The notes beneath the pieces are model-generated. The model had not been told where the DNA came from. It did no database searches and worked only from the letters and a program-made list of their open reading frames with translations. From assembly GCF_001194135.2 (NCBI RefSeq), contig NC_068992.1, forward strand, positions 209,184-266,314: DNA of 57,131 bases. Direction: 5' to 3'. Position 1 is the stretch's first letter; the number at the start of each line of letters is the position of its first letter. This stretch comes from Octopus bimaculoides (Eukaryota). Shown piece by piece: positions 1-12,370 of the stretch. Position numbers and translations under genes: made by a program.

Positions 1-764
1 GAACTGTAAAACGAGCGTAGTATAGATATTCATAAGCCATGGTTCATCCGAAACAGCTGTCAAGATAATACAATTGCATAATTCCTCTTGTTTATTTGTA
101 TTTCATATAAATTATGCTCATCAACCATGCTTATTTGGCTTCCTTTTTACCTATACGTACACACACATACACATATACATACATATATAAATAAACGTAC
201 ATATATACGTGTGTGTGTGTGTATGTGTTTGTGTGTGTGTGTGCATAATGAAAATTTTGTATGTTTTCAAAACTTCTTTCATTTTCTACAGAGCGCTTAT
301 CGTTGTTGTTGGCTATCCATTTGCTAGATGCAGGCAGCAGTTCAAAACCTTATTGCTGTATCCACTATTCTGGGTCCACGAACAAGACGAACATCATTGC
401 GTATGAGTGTGATTGACATGAAGAAGAATAACTAAAACGGGTTCCATTCTTACTTTACAGTTGTATAGTTTGACGATACAACTAAGCGCCCGGATGCAAA
501 TTCAATTGCTCCAGCAAAATAAAGAAAAATCAATCATTACACCGATGAGAGCTTGGGGGGAATGTAAAATAAAAAGAAATGAAAGAAAGAATGAACGAAC
601 AAAAGAAAGAAAGGAGGGAAGGAAAGAAGAAGAACTACAAAACATCCAAGACTAGAATATATCAGGCAATAGTTTATCTCTATACTTGAATGCATGATCT
701 TATGCTAACATTATAATATCTACGTTAGTGAAATGAACTCATTCAATGTAACATTAAACTGATG

Positions 765-1180
765 CATCATACACGCCCTTTTAAACTTCTTCAACAAAAT
801 CACAGGGAAATAAAAGAAAAAAAAACTATCAGATAATACTCTATCCGAGACAATAAACGTGAGAAAACTCCTTGAAAAGAATTAAACAGGTAGTCAATAG
901 ACAAGCATCACCTTAAACTTAAACAAGACTAACTTTAGTAGTATTCTATTGGAACGTAACATTGATGTCAAACTTACACAAATGTAAACACAAACGTGTG
1001 TCGGTTTATATTATATAGAATGTGAATTCTTATCTTAATGGAGAAAGGCTTATTTTTTATGTGACATTACTGCTTTTTACGTATCTTCTTGATGTTTTAT
1101 TTAAAAAAATTATTTATGACTGAAGAGACTCGATGTAGAATCTATAACATAATGGAAAATGTTAAGTCCGAAATGTTGAA
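765..1180 (+). mobile_element. Degenerate 3' end of a Penelope-like element (GIY-YIG C-terminal relic)
   Basis: Broken translation HTRPFKLLQQNH...LKLKQ...TYTNVNTNVC resembles the PLE GIY-YIG tail. It is followed by a decayed hammerhead-like CTGAAGA-GACT...AGTC-CGAAATGT at about 1120-1178. Many stops. Confidence 0.35.
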
Positions 1181-1570
1181 TGATGCTCAATCGATTCATT
1201 GACAGATAACAAAATAGTATTTGCACATTTTGAATAGTTTGATAACAGGAGTTGTAAGTGTGATAAAAAGAAATTGACGATAAACTATTGATAGTTTCAC
1301 TAGATATCGGCTGAGATTTGAACTGTAGCTCTTATTTCCCCCCAGTTTAGAACCACGAACTAATATATTTCCATAAAAGAATACTTGGTGCCATAAAATT
1401 AATTAAAACCTGCGTGAATATATCTCGACTACTCATCACTGGCTAACTTGTTATGGTTAACGTGACAATCTTCAAAAGTAGTGAGTTTGCTGCCAAACAG
1501 TTTGGTCGAAGATTCTTGAAGTATGGTTAACAGCTATAAAAAGATTGGTAAATTCAACTTACCTAGAGAA

Positions 1571-2258
1571 CAGTGGCAGCTCGTGTATAGGAACTGCGGA
1601 ACTGTATCACCCCTATTTCCACTCAATATTATCGATAACATTCAATATAATGAGTCCTTTTTTTCTTTAATTCTTTCTTTATACTTGTACATTATATAAT
1701 CCTTAAGCTTAATGTTAGTAACCATTCCCTAGTTTATGAAAAAAATGCAAAAATCCTTGTATAGAACTGTGCACTTCACGGTTCCAGTGATGCGGTGTTT
1801 GGCCGTTGTGCACATGCTCACATGTCCGAGATAGGAAGCTTCACTTAGGGAGAGAGAGCACTGTGTGAACGACAGTGCCGGGTGAAAAATAGAGCTTCCT
1901 TTTGACTCAGCGTGTGTTGTGCTTAAAAACATGTTTATATTCTTGAATGTGATAAAATGTAGAATTTAATTATTATCCTGTTTCCAGCTTCAGTGTTACT
2001 GCCAGTATTTGAAAAACAGGGCACATTTTCCCCTTATTTTGTGATTTAGGGGAGATTTTTGAAAAACAAGGGGGAATCCGAGGCGGTGGTCACTGAACAA
2101 ATTAAACGCACTACCCGGCAGTGGCTAAAACGCGAACCGATCAAGTTTATGTTAAATTTTCTTTTTATATGTTTGTTTCCTTTTACACAAAATTTAAATA
2201 ATGACTAAAAATTTTCTGAAGCAGCACCACTTCTAATTTTATCTACGAGCTGCCACTG
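1571..2258. mobile_element. Non-autonomous hAT-type DNA transposon (MITE), 688 bp
   Basis: Perfect 14-bp TIRs CAGTGGCAGCTCGT (1571-1584) and ACGAGCTGCCACTG (2245-2258). Perfect 8-bp TSD CTAGAGAA (1563-1570 and 2259-2266). An 8-bp TSD with CAG-start TIRs is typical of hAT. Confidence 0.9.
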
Positions 2259-2529
2259 CTAGAGAAGCGCTAAGTTGTCTAGGGGAATCTATGTCGCTTG
2301 TCTTAAGTTGTATCCTCTCGCTCTCATTTTTAAGTAACATGCTTATGTCGTAGTCGACAAAAGATATCAACCTTAACTTGTGGTGTCTAGTAACAAATTA
2401 ATTACATGCAGTAATTAATTTCTTTGTGCTACCTTCATTTTATTAGCCAGCAAGTTATATACAGAAGATTCTAAACCGTTATGTTCATTGAACATTAATC
2501 CATTAATTTATTGGATGTATATTTGTAAA

Positions 2530-3013
2530 TGGCCCAGTGGTTAGGGCAGCAGACTCGCGGTCGTAGGATCGCAGTTTCGATTCCCAGACAAGCCATTGTG
2601 AGTGTTTATTGAGCGAAAACACCGCGAAGCTCCGGTAGGGGGTGGTGGTGAACCCTGCTGTACTCTTTCACCACAACTTTTTCTCAGTCTTTCTTCCTGT
2701 TTCCGTTGTACCTGTATTTCAAAGGGCCAGCCTTGTCACATTCTGTGTCACGCTGAATCTCCCTGAGAACTACGTTAAGGGTACGTGTATCTGTGGAGTG
2801 CTCAGCCACTTGCACGTTAGCGACGTCACTGGTGCCAAGTTGTATCAGTCTTTGCCTTTCCCTTGGATAACATCCGTGGCGTGTAGAGGGGAGCCTGGTA
2901 TGCATGGACGACTGCTGGTCTTCCATAAACAACCTTGCCTGGACTTGTGCCTCGGAGGGTAACTTTGTAGGTGCAATCCCATGGTCATTCATGACCGAAG
3001 GGGGTCACAACAA
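2530..3013 (+). mobile_element. Chimeric tRNA-derived SINE (family B head and central module, family C tail)
   Basis: A box TGGCCCAGTGG and B box GTTTCGATTCC. Central module is shared with 6080-6400 and 34506-34677. Tail from about 2820 is shared with 22121-22463. 11-bp TSD ATATTTGTAAA (2519-2529, 3014-3024). Confidence 0.85.
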
Positions 3014-3856
3014 ATATTTGTAAACATAACGACGCAGGTTAATAAAATATTTGGAGACTCAAACTTTAGTGTGGTTATTGTCTACACACGCAACTTTCTC
3101 AACTTGTGAACAGCCGACTAAGAAGAATAGAGGAATTACCATTACTCTAAAATAGTATGCTAGGATCATACATCAAAGAAGAAATGCTTCTCGTGTATGC
3201 GTATGCGTGTGTGTATGTGTGTATGTGTGTATGTGTGCTTGTGTGTGGGGTGGGTGGAGAGAGAGAGAGAGAGAAAGAAAGAAAGAGTAGAAGCTGGGGA
3301 TACATTTTTATGTTTTAGTTGTTAAAATCTTTCACGAACGACTTTCCCCAATAACAGAACTAATCCGTTGCTTTCGCTTGTAGAACTGATCAATATTCAA
3401 TGCTATTTTGCACAGAATTAACATTTTGTTGAAAATAAATGACATCTGTCACAAGAAGAATCACTACTTTATTCGGTCCAATCATACAAACTGGCTTCTA
3501 TTCATATAACCAACTGTTCTATGTGGTTCACAACATCCACATCTTATCTCTGATAGGCTCGAAATGACATGTCGAATACGGGATTATCAGCTTGCATGTA
3601 ATTCAGTTAAAATCTAATGCATGCATTTCAATGTCTATGTGGACAGTACACTGAATTCTGCAGGTCATCGTCAAGACACTATTATGTCTGCAAACATTGA
3701 CCAAGTTAGTGTCACGTTCTTTTATTAAAATAGCATTTAAAAATCTAAATTATATATTGCAGGCGAGAAGTGGCCGTGGCATTTTCTATCACTTTTCACC
3801 CTTACTAACGAGGGTGATTTGAATAATAGTCGTCTTGAACTTCAGCAGCTGGAATG

Positions 3857-4110
3857 TACGAGGGTGAGTCAAAAAGTAATGCCATTTTGTTTAGGACAGG
3901 TATAATTACCAATACAGGAACATGTATCATACATCAAAATGAAGCTTGTCCTCTGTGGATCACATCCCTACTTCTCAACACAGTCACCGTTTCTCTCAAT
4001 AGCAATGTTCCACCTTGAATGAGAGCATGTATCCCTGCCCCGTAAAATTCTGTTGACTGTTCTTTGAGTCACGTCTTCACTACAGTTTTCACTTCCTCAT
4101 CACTGGACTA
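3857..4110 (-). mobile_element. mariner 3' end with TIR (transposase C-terminus on minus strand)
   Basis: TA-CGAGGGTGAGTCAAAAAGTAATGCC terminus. Minus strand reads SSDEEVKTVVKT*LKEQSTEFYGAGIHALI..WNIAIERNGDCVEK*. Second copy at 15907-16086. Confidence 0.85.
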
Positions 4111-4480
4111 TTATCGTCACTGGACTATCATCTCTTCGGTCTCGGACATTTATTCATATATCTACATGCATCTGCGTGGGTTGTATGTTTGCTGTTAACC
4201 CTGGTGAGGAAGCTCACGCACAGCGATATGTTAGAATCTGTGCAGTGTTATCGGTGCTGTGTAGAGATGTTGTTGACGTTAGTGAGAGACTTAATGGTGG
4301 CGACGAAGAAGGAGGTTGCTATAATGTGGTCAGTGGTTAGACCTTAGAAGGTCCGGAACCAACAAACTCCGAGACTAGGAGGAGGTGAGTTTTTATAGCC
4401 AACTCAAATGGAGTTTAGAACAGACTGTCTCACGTGATTTATTTGGAGGCTGTGATTGGCTGGGTTGCATATTGGCATGT
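4111..4480 (-). mobile_element. Probable Penelope-like pseudo-LTR with Pol II promoter motifs
   Basis: Minus strand order: CCAATCAC, CACGTG, CTATAAAAA, AATAAA, then a decayed hammerhead-like CCGAAGAG. It abuts and truncates the mariner end. Confidence 0.35.
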
Positions 4481-5245
4481 GATAGAGTAAGAGACAAATT
4501 GCGCCAATACCAAACAATCAGATACAACGGAGTCCAAAACAGCGCCCAAAGGTTAGCTGTTACCTGCTACGTTCGTATGTATGTCTATATAATAGAGAGA
4601 GGAAGTTCACAAAGTTAACTCTTGGAATTCGAACTCAAAATGCAGGAAAGAGAAGCTAATTATTAGGAGATATTTAGTCTGGTGCACAATCGTTTCTTCT
4701 ACGAGCACCGCCCTGTCATTTAAGAACTGAGACTCTGTTTCTCGGGTTTATTTATCTTGTGACTTAAAGAGGTGTCAGGTGATACCTTGGGAAGAGATAT
4801 TTCACATCTGTTAAGAGAATTAAACTGTTGTTTTTGCATGTACTGATATTAATGGTATGGGGGAGAGTGTCTTCAGTGTGCATACGGTGATGGTCACGGT
4901 AGTGATAAGATGCTAATGAAGACGGTAGAAAAAGTGGTGCTGCGATGGTGACGGTTGTAATGGTGAAGTTAATGAGGTTGAAAAGCTTTTAAAATTGTGT
5001 AGTTTAAAAGTGCATCGTTGTTTAATATGGTTGTAGAGAACTGGTTAACTCAGAAAAGTAGGAACCATTGTAGAACAGTCATTCACCATTAAATAACATA
5101 GTCACGTGTTTTAGGAAACTAAAGCACGTGGGTACTAAAGATACATTTAGCATACTAAATACTAAAAAGAACTATTGAATTCTCCGGTGTGGGATTTATC
5201 ACCATGCAAATGATATTTACTGTTTTTTCTTAATGAAAAAATAAA

Positions 5246-5440
5246 CGCAGGAGTGGCTGTGTGGTAAGAAGCTTGCTTACCACATGGTTCTGGCTTCAGT
5301 CCCACAGCATGATACCTGGGGCAAGTGTCTTCTACTATAGTCTCGGGTCGACTAAAGCCTTGTGAGTGGATTTGGTAGACGGAAACTGAAAGAAGCCCGT
5401 CGGTTGTCAAGCAATCTTAGGGGGACAAACACAGACACAC
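5246..5440 (+). mobile_element. tRNA-derived SINE family D (head plus inverted tail piece)
   Basis: GCAGGAGTGGCTGTGTGGTAAGAAGC...GGCTTCAGTCCC head. Homologous to 21326-21663, 22900-23165 and 48695-48825. Confidence 0.8.
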
Positions 5441-5441
5441 A

Positions 5442-5477
<36 letters not shown>

Positions 5478-5653
5478 NNNNNNNNNNNNNNNNNNNNNNN
5501 NNNNNNNNNNNNNNNNNNNNNNNNNNNNNNNNNNNNNNNNNNNNNNNNNNNNNNNNNNNNNNNNNNNNNNNNNNNNNNNNNNNNNNNNNNNNNNNNNNNN
5601 NNNNNNNNNNNNNNNNNNNNNNNNNNNNNNNNNNNNNNNNNNNNNNNNNNNNN

Positions 5654-5960
5654 TAAATTAAGTACCAGTTATGCACTGGGGTCGATGTAATCGACTTAAT
5701 CCCTTTGTCTGTCCTTGTTTGTCCCCTCTGTGTTTAGCCCCTTGTGGGCAATAAAGAAATAAGAAACGTTAGCATGCCGGGCGAAATGCTTAGAGATATT
5801 TCGTCTGTCTTTACGTTCCGAGTTCAAATTCCGCTGATGTCGACTTTGCCTTTCATCATTTCGGGGTCGATAAATGAAGTGCCAGTTGTGTACTGGGGTC
5901 GATCTAATCGACTGGCCCCTCCCCAAAAATTTCGGGTCTTGTACCTAGAGTAGGAAAAAA
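5654..5960 (+). mobile_element. SINE family A head-to-tail dimer
   Basis: Tail ...GGGCAATAAAGAAATAAGAA joined at 5765/5766 to ACGTTAGCATGCCGGGCG. B box GTTCAAATTCC and central GTCGACTTTGCCTTTCATC...GGGGTCGATAAA. Confidence 0.9.
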
Positions 5961-6079
5961 AGAAAAAGAAGTCATTGTAGTAGTGTCGATTGCAATAGCA
6001 TTGATGACGGAAATGAAGGTCGGGAGGTTGTGGAAAGAAGTGTTGATGTTTACCTGTTGTCATAATCGTTGTATCAAAA

Positions 6080-6400
6080 GCGCGTGGCTGAGTGGTTAGG
6101 GTATTCAGCTCACGATCGTAAGGTCATGAGTTCAGTTCCCAGTGACGCGCTGTGTTCCCTCAGCAAAACACTTTACTTCACGTTGCTCCAGTCCACTCAG
6201 CTGGCAAAAATTAGTACTACCTGTAATTCAAAGGGCCAGCCTTGTCACACTGTGTCACGCTGAATCTCCCTGAGAACTACGTTAAGGGTACACGTGTCTG
6301 TGGAGTGCTCAGCCACTTGCAATTTAATTTCACGAGCAGGCTGTTCTTTTGATCGGATCAACTGGAGCCCTCGTCGTCGTCGTAACTGTTAGGGTGTCAG
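6080..6400 (+). mobile_element. tRNA-derived SINE (family C-type head, central module, family B tail)
   Basis: A and B boxes, a CORE-like GCAAAACACTTTACTTCACGTTGCTCCAGTCCACTCAGCTG segment, and the module TCAAAGGGCCAGCCTTGTCAC...GCTCAGCCACTTGCA shared with 2710-2819. Confidence 0.85.
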
Positions 6401-7247
6401 TTAGTTGTGTCAGTTACTGGTGGTGGCGTTGCAGTCACTACCATTACTACTAATATTACACTTTAAAAAATTCTTTTTTCATTATTCCTGAAGATATCTT
6501 ATTTCTGTTGAGTAAAATTTTAAATAAACATTTAAATATCTGCAGTATATAAATGAGTTCAACTTTAACATGTGAGATTATAATTGAAGCTTAGAGTATG
6601 AGACTACGCTCAGAAAAACTCACGTTTTAGCATAAAATAGAAACTTTTCTAAAACTGATTAAAATGAATTCTTACTATTTTTTTAATATTTGGTTTTTAT
6701 CGTCCGTTGTGAAATATCTTGAAAAATTAGCTGGTGTTTTAATTTTAAAAATATGATCTGTAATATAAAATATGCATAGATTAAATATTTTAATGATTTC
6801 AGAGGTCAGATCAAATCCTTTATATTCCTCACGGTTGTGTCGCTTGGCAATTGTCGTGGTGGTGGCTGCTGCTGCTGTTTGTTGCATTGGTGAATGAAAA
6901 TGTATTTCTCGGGCTGCGTAAAGAAGTGACTGACAACAAGATTTTATTACTGCACATAGAGTTTTAATTTTTTTGCTTTTTTACAAATACTAACAGCAAT
7001 AATTGCTTACAGACAGGGACATACTCCTCAGTGCTTACGACAGGTTAACTGATATAGCAATCTGTGGCTGGCTCATCACAGCTGGAAAATAATTGCGCTA
7101 TATTCGTGGCAACGAAAATTCCTGTCTACTAGCTGCAATCTGTCTTAATCAGTTGGTTGTGGTGAGAATGAAGACGCATGCGGCTGCCTCAACATTTTGC
7201 GATTAACGCTAAAACTCACCTTTTTAAATGGCGCAAGGAGAACATTT

Positions 7248-7339
7248 TAGAAAATCGAATCACGCGGTGGCTTGTTGCTAATTGGTTACTTAATAAACCG
7301 ATCACGGGAAACTACTGTAGTTAGGTCGTGATGTATGAC
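7248..7339 (+). repeat. 92-bp repeat, inverted partner of 9498-9589
   Basis: Ungapped hand alignment to the reverse complement of 9498-9589 gives 74/92 identities. Confidence 0.75.
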
Positions 7340-8256
7340 CAGTTATCAAGCGGTTAGGTTTTGAACCACCGCTACAGTGGTAATGGACGTTGTGGTAGTG
7401 CTACGAAGATGGCAGTGGAGAATTTTCCTTTTTATTTTACTAGAATTTATATTTTTAAAAATTGTCATTCAACTCTTGGGAAAACTGAACGTGGCCATTC
7501 TCTTCGTAATTTTTAACATTCAAAATGTAATTGTTACATTTGGTCACGGTTTTTTGTGATGCTAGTTGGTGGTAACGTTTGTTTCTTTGATATTGAAGTG
7601 GTGGTATTGGTTAATGGTGCTATTAGTCAATAATGGTTGTGGTGATGGCGGCAGTGGTGACGTCTGTTTCTTTGCGACTGGAATGATGTTGTTGATTCCT
7701 GCGTTGGTGGTAGCTCTTTGTTTATTCTAAGTACTCGTGGTAGCGGCGGAGGTGGCTCAATTAATCAAAGGAAACTTGTTGTAAAGAGTAGTGTCATGTT
7801 TTCCGTTGAATTTCCAAGGCCTAACAAATAAATGATGAATAATTAAACAATGAAAAATAAACGGAAGGAATCATTTTCTGATAAACGGCACAAAGGAAAT
7901 ATGTACCGCCATCATCAAAATTTGTGTATGTGTGTCAGTGTGTGTGTGCACACGCGTATGTGCGTGCAGGTGTAATATGCTTCTGTATGTTTGTATAGGT
8001 CACTGTGTACGTCCTTTTCTTGTTCTTCATGTACGTTTTTTTATTTTATATATATATATATATATCAGACCGATGTATGTATATAAACATCATATATTGG
8101 TTGGAATTATTGTAGAGGGAATAAATTACAACCATAATGTGGTATAGTAATTAATTAATTTATTTATTTATTTATTTGACAGTTACTCTGAAGTTTCTCT
8201 TTGTCCTTCTATAAGTAATGCGATTATGAACGCAGGTGATACAACACACAAGTGTT

Positions 8257-8322
<66 letters not shown>

Positions 8323-8670
8323 ATATAGAATCAGACAAGAACACAAAACATCCAGATGGACGATACAAAGAAAACACGGACAGGTCATTCGGAGTTTTCT
8401 TTCTCCAGTCGAGATCCAGATTATCCTTACAATTTCGGCTGGTTATTCTCAATATTTCTCTAATCTGGCCAGCCCCAAGGAAAAACTAAGCTAAGAGCAT
8501 TAGTTTCCTTGGAAGAAAGCAGCGAATGTATATAAAAACAAGGACGGAAAAACGAACAATGATACACAAATACAGTAGGAATAATAACGGGACATAACAA
8601 CAGATGTCTTTCGACAAAGGACGAATAAAATTAAGCTGGCGTATATGGCGTATATATATATGTATATATA

Positions 8671-9220
8671 TATGAATTTGTCCAAAAAGAATTTCGTCTG
8701 TTAAAACCCTAGGCGGTGCAGCGTGGTGGTGACAGCTGTGCCGTGTATGTGTGATTTTGACCTTCAATCTAATACTAACCACATCATGGTACATTAGTTA
8801 GTCATCTATCACACATGCTTGAGTGAGTATATTGAACAGCGAATTCATTTGGAAGAGAAACTTGTTTGTGTGATATTCTGTTCCTAATTAAAATTTGACT
8901 GATCAAACGCTGCAATGGTTCTACAGGAAGAGTGTTTTGGGCTGTATTATCATGAATAGAATTTCAAATCAGAAAGGTCATCGATTGAAGACGATCTCAA
9001 ACGTGGTCGATCTTCCAGACTGCGAACGCCAGCCCATTGCGAAAGTGCAGCCTGTTATTCGTAAAAAGTCGTTTACCAGTGTGTTCGTAAAGTGTTTCGA
9101 AAAGTAGGCCTCTGTAAAAGTGCTTTCTATATGGTTTAATAGAATAATTGAAGACGCATCGTGTTATTGTAAAAATTTGTTGACAGATGAAGAAAGAGAG
9201 AATCGAGGCTCAATTGAAAT
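8671..9220 (+). mobile_element. Degenerate mariner 5' half (transposase N-terminal HTH relic)
   Basis: TIR-like TATGAATTTGTCCAAAAAG. Broken frames IEQRI..., NFKSERSSIEDDLKRGRSS and KNLLTDEERENR match mariner motifs EQR, F..GR.S.EDD.R.GRP and LLT.EQK..R. Confidence 0.6.
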
Positions 9221-9497
9221 AAAGAATTGTTTGTCATTGGAATGCAAATAGGAAATTTGTCATTGCAGTTGCAGAAACTTGGCTACACGTCTACAATGTC
9301 AAGAGAGAAACGTCGCCGTTACAATATAGTGGATTAACATCACAGCAACAACAACATATCCAGCCACTGTCATTTTTTTTTTTTTGGTCTTTAGTCGCAG
9401 TAATTTCTTATCCAGAATCATTTTCTTTTATACATATTCCTGGACACGCAGTGAATCATCACTCCGATTCTCTTTGATATGTTTTAGATGTGTAGCA

Positions 9498-9589
9498 GTC
9501 AGACATCACGTGCAAACTTCAACACTTTCACGTGATCGGTCTATTAAGCAACCAATCAGCGTCAAGCCGTCGCGTGATCCAATTTTCTA
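9498..9589 (-). repeat. 92-bp repeat with two CACGTG E-boxes and a CCAAT box
   Basis: CACGTG at 9507-9512 and 9529-9534, ACCAATCAG at 9551-9559. About 80% identical to 7248-7339 in inverted orientation. Confidence 0.75.
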
Positions 9590-9745
9590 GTTTTCTGCTC
9601 GTACTCTATATGAAACTGCGTTTGGCGGTAAATCATTGCAGTGCGTTAGAAGACGCCCGAACGATATCCGTTTCCACTCCAGCTCGACGGACCGCGTAAA
9701 CGGCTCAGACAAAGTGCAGAATGCTGAGGCAGCTGCGGTACGCTG

Positions 9746-9915
9746 TGCTTAGCGGTATTTCGCCTGTCTTTACGTTCAAATTCCACCGAGGTCGACTTTG
9801 CCTTTCATCCTTTCGGAATCGATAAATTAAGTACCAGTTGCATACTGGGGAACGATGTAATCGACTGGCTCCCTCCCCCAAAATTTCGGGTCTTGTGCCT
9901 TGAGTAGAGAAGATT
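9746..9915 (+). mobile_element. SINE family A, 5'-truncated
   Basis: GTTCAAATTCCACCGAGGTCGACTTTGCCTTTCATCC...AAGTACCAGTT...CCCCCAAAATTTCGGG. Confidence 0.85.
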
Positions 9916-11129
9916 ACATAATGCTATCGTTCATATTTGTATCTTTTGGTGTCTTGAGATTTTCTTCAAATGAGGAAACCATAATTGTTCTGCAATATAC
10001 ATGAGCTGGTTGGATTTAGGGAGAGCTGATAAAGTCTTCTGTAAAAATATGTGAAAACAGACTCTGTGTGCGTCCGTACGTACACGCGTACTTGCGTGCG
10101 AGCGTGTGCGTGTGTTTGTGCGTGTGCGTGTGGCTATGTCCTTATGTTTGTACATTCCATAATCTGCCCTAATTACATCGTTTCTGGTCCAATTATGCAT
10201 TAAAAGAAATAGAGCAAGATCAATAAAAAGTAGAAACGAAAAGCTAAACATAAATCGGTCCAAAAATGTAAGTCGAACTATTTCTCTACTATCCTTAAAC
10301 TATAATAAAGTTGTTAATTCACATAGTAAGACGGCAGCAATCAATGGCACTGTTGACTGATTGGCTCCGATTTAATCTGATGTTTAAAGAAGGATCTATG
10401 GAATTACGGACTGCTGTCGTTGCACCGAGATACTTCCATCGATTAATCATTATGTTTTGAAAGTGAAGGAAATAAAATGGTAATGTTGTTGAAAGAAGAA
10501 TTGTATAAAAGAAATCAAACAAACTGGAGATGCTGTAATGTACTTCAGGCTACTGTTGGTTGTGTATCTCCGAAATACTTGCAGACGTGCGACTCATAGC
10601 TTAATTATACCCACAATAATCAGTTATGAAACAAATTGACTGTTGTGACATGTCAAGTCTATCTTTATTAGAAAAGCAGGATGGTGCCATAGTTTCTACA
10701 AAACCTACAAGATTAAGTGGAAATAAAACTGTTGGAACGTCTGCAGGTCAATGTATAAAATGAGGAGAATCAAGTAAGCTTTGGAGTCGGTAATATCTAG
10801 CAATACAGGTAATCATTGTAGCTGTTGTAGAAGAGACAAAGGTAGGGATATACTGCGAACGTAGAAAACTGGTTGTGACGTACTGACGAATGAAGATTAA
10901 CAGTCAGCCTAAAGATTTTCTCATGCATTCCAGACTGTGTGTAGCAAAACCATCCTTCGGAAACTGAGAGCACTATACAGAGCAGGGCTGCGTAACCGTT
11001 TTAATATCTGGGCCAGATCCAAAACCTGGATTTTTTTAGGGGGCCGCACCAAAAGAAAAAAGTAAAACACAAATCGGTTAAAAAGAATTTATTATATTTA
11101 TAGGAAGAAGACCGTCGGTAGCCGCCAGA

Positions 11130-11450
11130 GTCGATTAAATAAGTACCAGTTACGCACTGGGTCGTTCTAATCGACTTAATCCTTTTGTCTGTTTTTCTGT
11201 CCTTCTTTGTCCCCTCCGTGCTTAGCCCCCTGTGGGCAATAATGAGATAAATCGTTAGTATGCCGGGCAAAATACTTAGCGGCATTTCATCCTCTTTTAC
11301 GCTCTGTGTTCAAATTCTGCCGAGGTTGACTTTGCCGTTCATCCTTTCGAGGACGCTAAAATAAGCACCAGTTACGCACTGGGGGTTAATGTAATCGAAT
11401 TATCTGGTCCCCCGAAATTGCTAGTCTTGTGCCAAAATGTGAAATCAGTA
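11130..11450 (+). mobile_element. SINE family A head-to-tail dimer (older)
   Basis: Tail ...TGTGGGCAATAATGAGATAA joined at about 11250 to ATCGTTAGTATGCCGGGC. Confidence 0.8.
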
Positions 11451-11465
11451 TGTATTCAGTACCTT

Positions 11466-11678
11466 TAAGATGGCAGAATCGTTTCAGTGCCGGACAAAAT
11501 GCTTAGCAACATTTCGTCCGACTTTACATTCTGAGTTCAAATTCCGCCGAGGTCGACTTTGCTTTTCATCTTTTCGGGATTGATAAAACAAGCACCAGTT
11601 GAACTCTGGGGTCGATGTAATCGACGTACAACCTCTCTCGAAATTGCTGGCCTTGTACCAAAATATGAAGCCAATATG
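11466..11678 (+). mobile_element. SINE family A
   Basis: TGGCAGAATCGTT head, GTTCAAATTCCGCCGAGGTCGAC core, GAAATTGCTGGCCTTG tail. Confidence 0.8.
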
Positions 11679-11703
11679 TAATGAGCATTTTCTCTCTCGT
11701 TCA

Positions 11704-11749
<46 letters not shown>

Positions 11750-12140
11750 GACACAGAGTACACATACACACACATACACACACGCGTGTATAGTAGTAGT
11801 GGTAGTAGTGTAATAAGTAATCTCGTACGTTATATATATTTACTTTATCAACGACAACTTGAAGCCGTGATGTCAAGTGCATTCAATAAATAATTCAAAT
11901 CTCAGACATTAAGGACCTCAGTGTCGATAATAAATCTTACAGTTTATCTCGTTATGAAGCCCGAGATATTTAGAAGAGAGAAGCTAGGAATTGATGATGT
12001 CCACAAGTTTTCAGATTAGTTTAGTTGCCTACAGTCGAGCAGTAGTATGTCTGAAGAAGATGGATCCTTCACCTATCTCCACGATGAGCATTCCGTTGTT
12101 TAACTGAACTCGTTAAATAAACATGTAAGCAAAGACAGCC

Positions 12141-12370
12141 GGCTGGCAGAATCGTTAACACGCTGGGCGAAACGTTTGGGGCTTATTCTTCCCTCCTTAC
12201 GTTTTGAGTTCAAATTCTGCCGACATCGACTTTATTTTTCGATCCCCCACCCCGACGCCATATTTTCGGGGTCGATAAAGTAAGCACCAGTTGATCACTG
12301 GAATCTCTATGTTATCGATTTACCCGATCTACGAAATCGCTGGCCTAGTGCCAAAATTTGAAACCTAATT
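12141..12370 (+). mobile_element. SINE family A, diverged
   Basis: GCTGGCAGAATCGTTAACACGCTGGGCG head and GGGGTCGATAAAGTAAGCACCAGTT core. Confidence 0.7.

Noticed and set aside
2530-2590. tRNA genes at SINE heads (also 5246, 6080, 22121, 24431)
   Set aside because: A and B boxes are present but there is no complete cloverleaf, and each continues into SINE body sequence.
9498-9740. Host gene promoter (E-boxes, CCAAT, CpGs)
   Set aside because: The motif block is a repeat with an inverted copy at 7248-7339, and no first exon was found. CCAAT-N9-GCCGT does not match the ERSE consensus.
10440-10590. FLYWCH-like zinc finger (LYKRNQTNWRCC...C)
   Set aside because: Lacks the terminal His and conserved spacing; no start or splice support.
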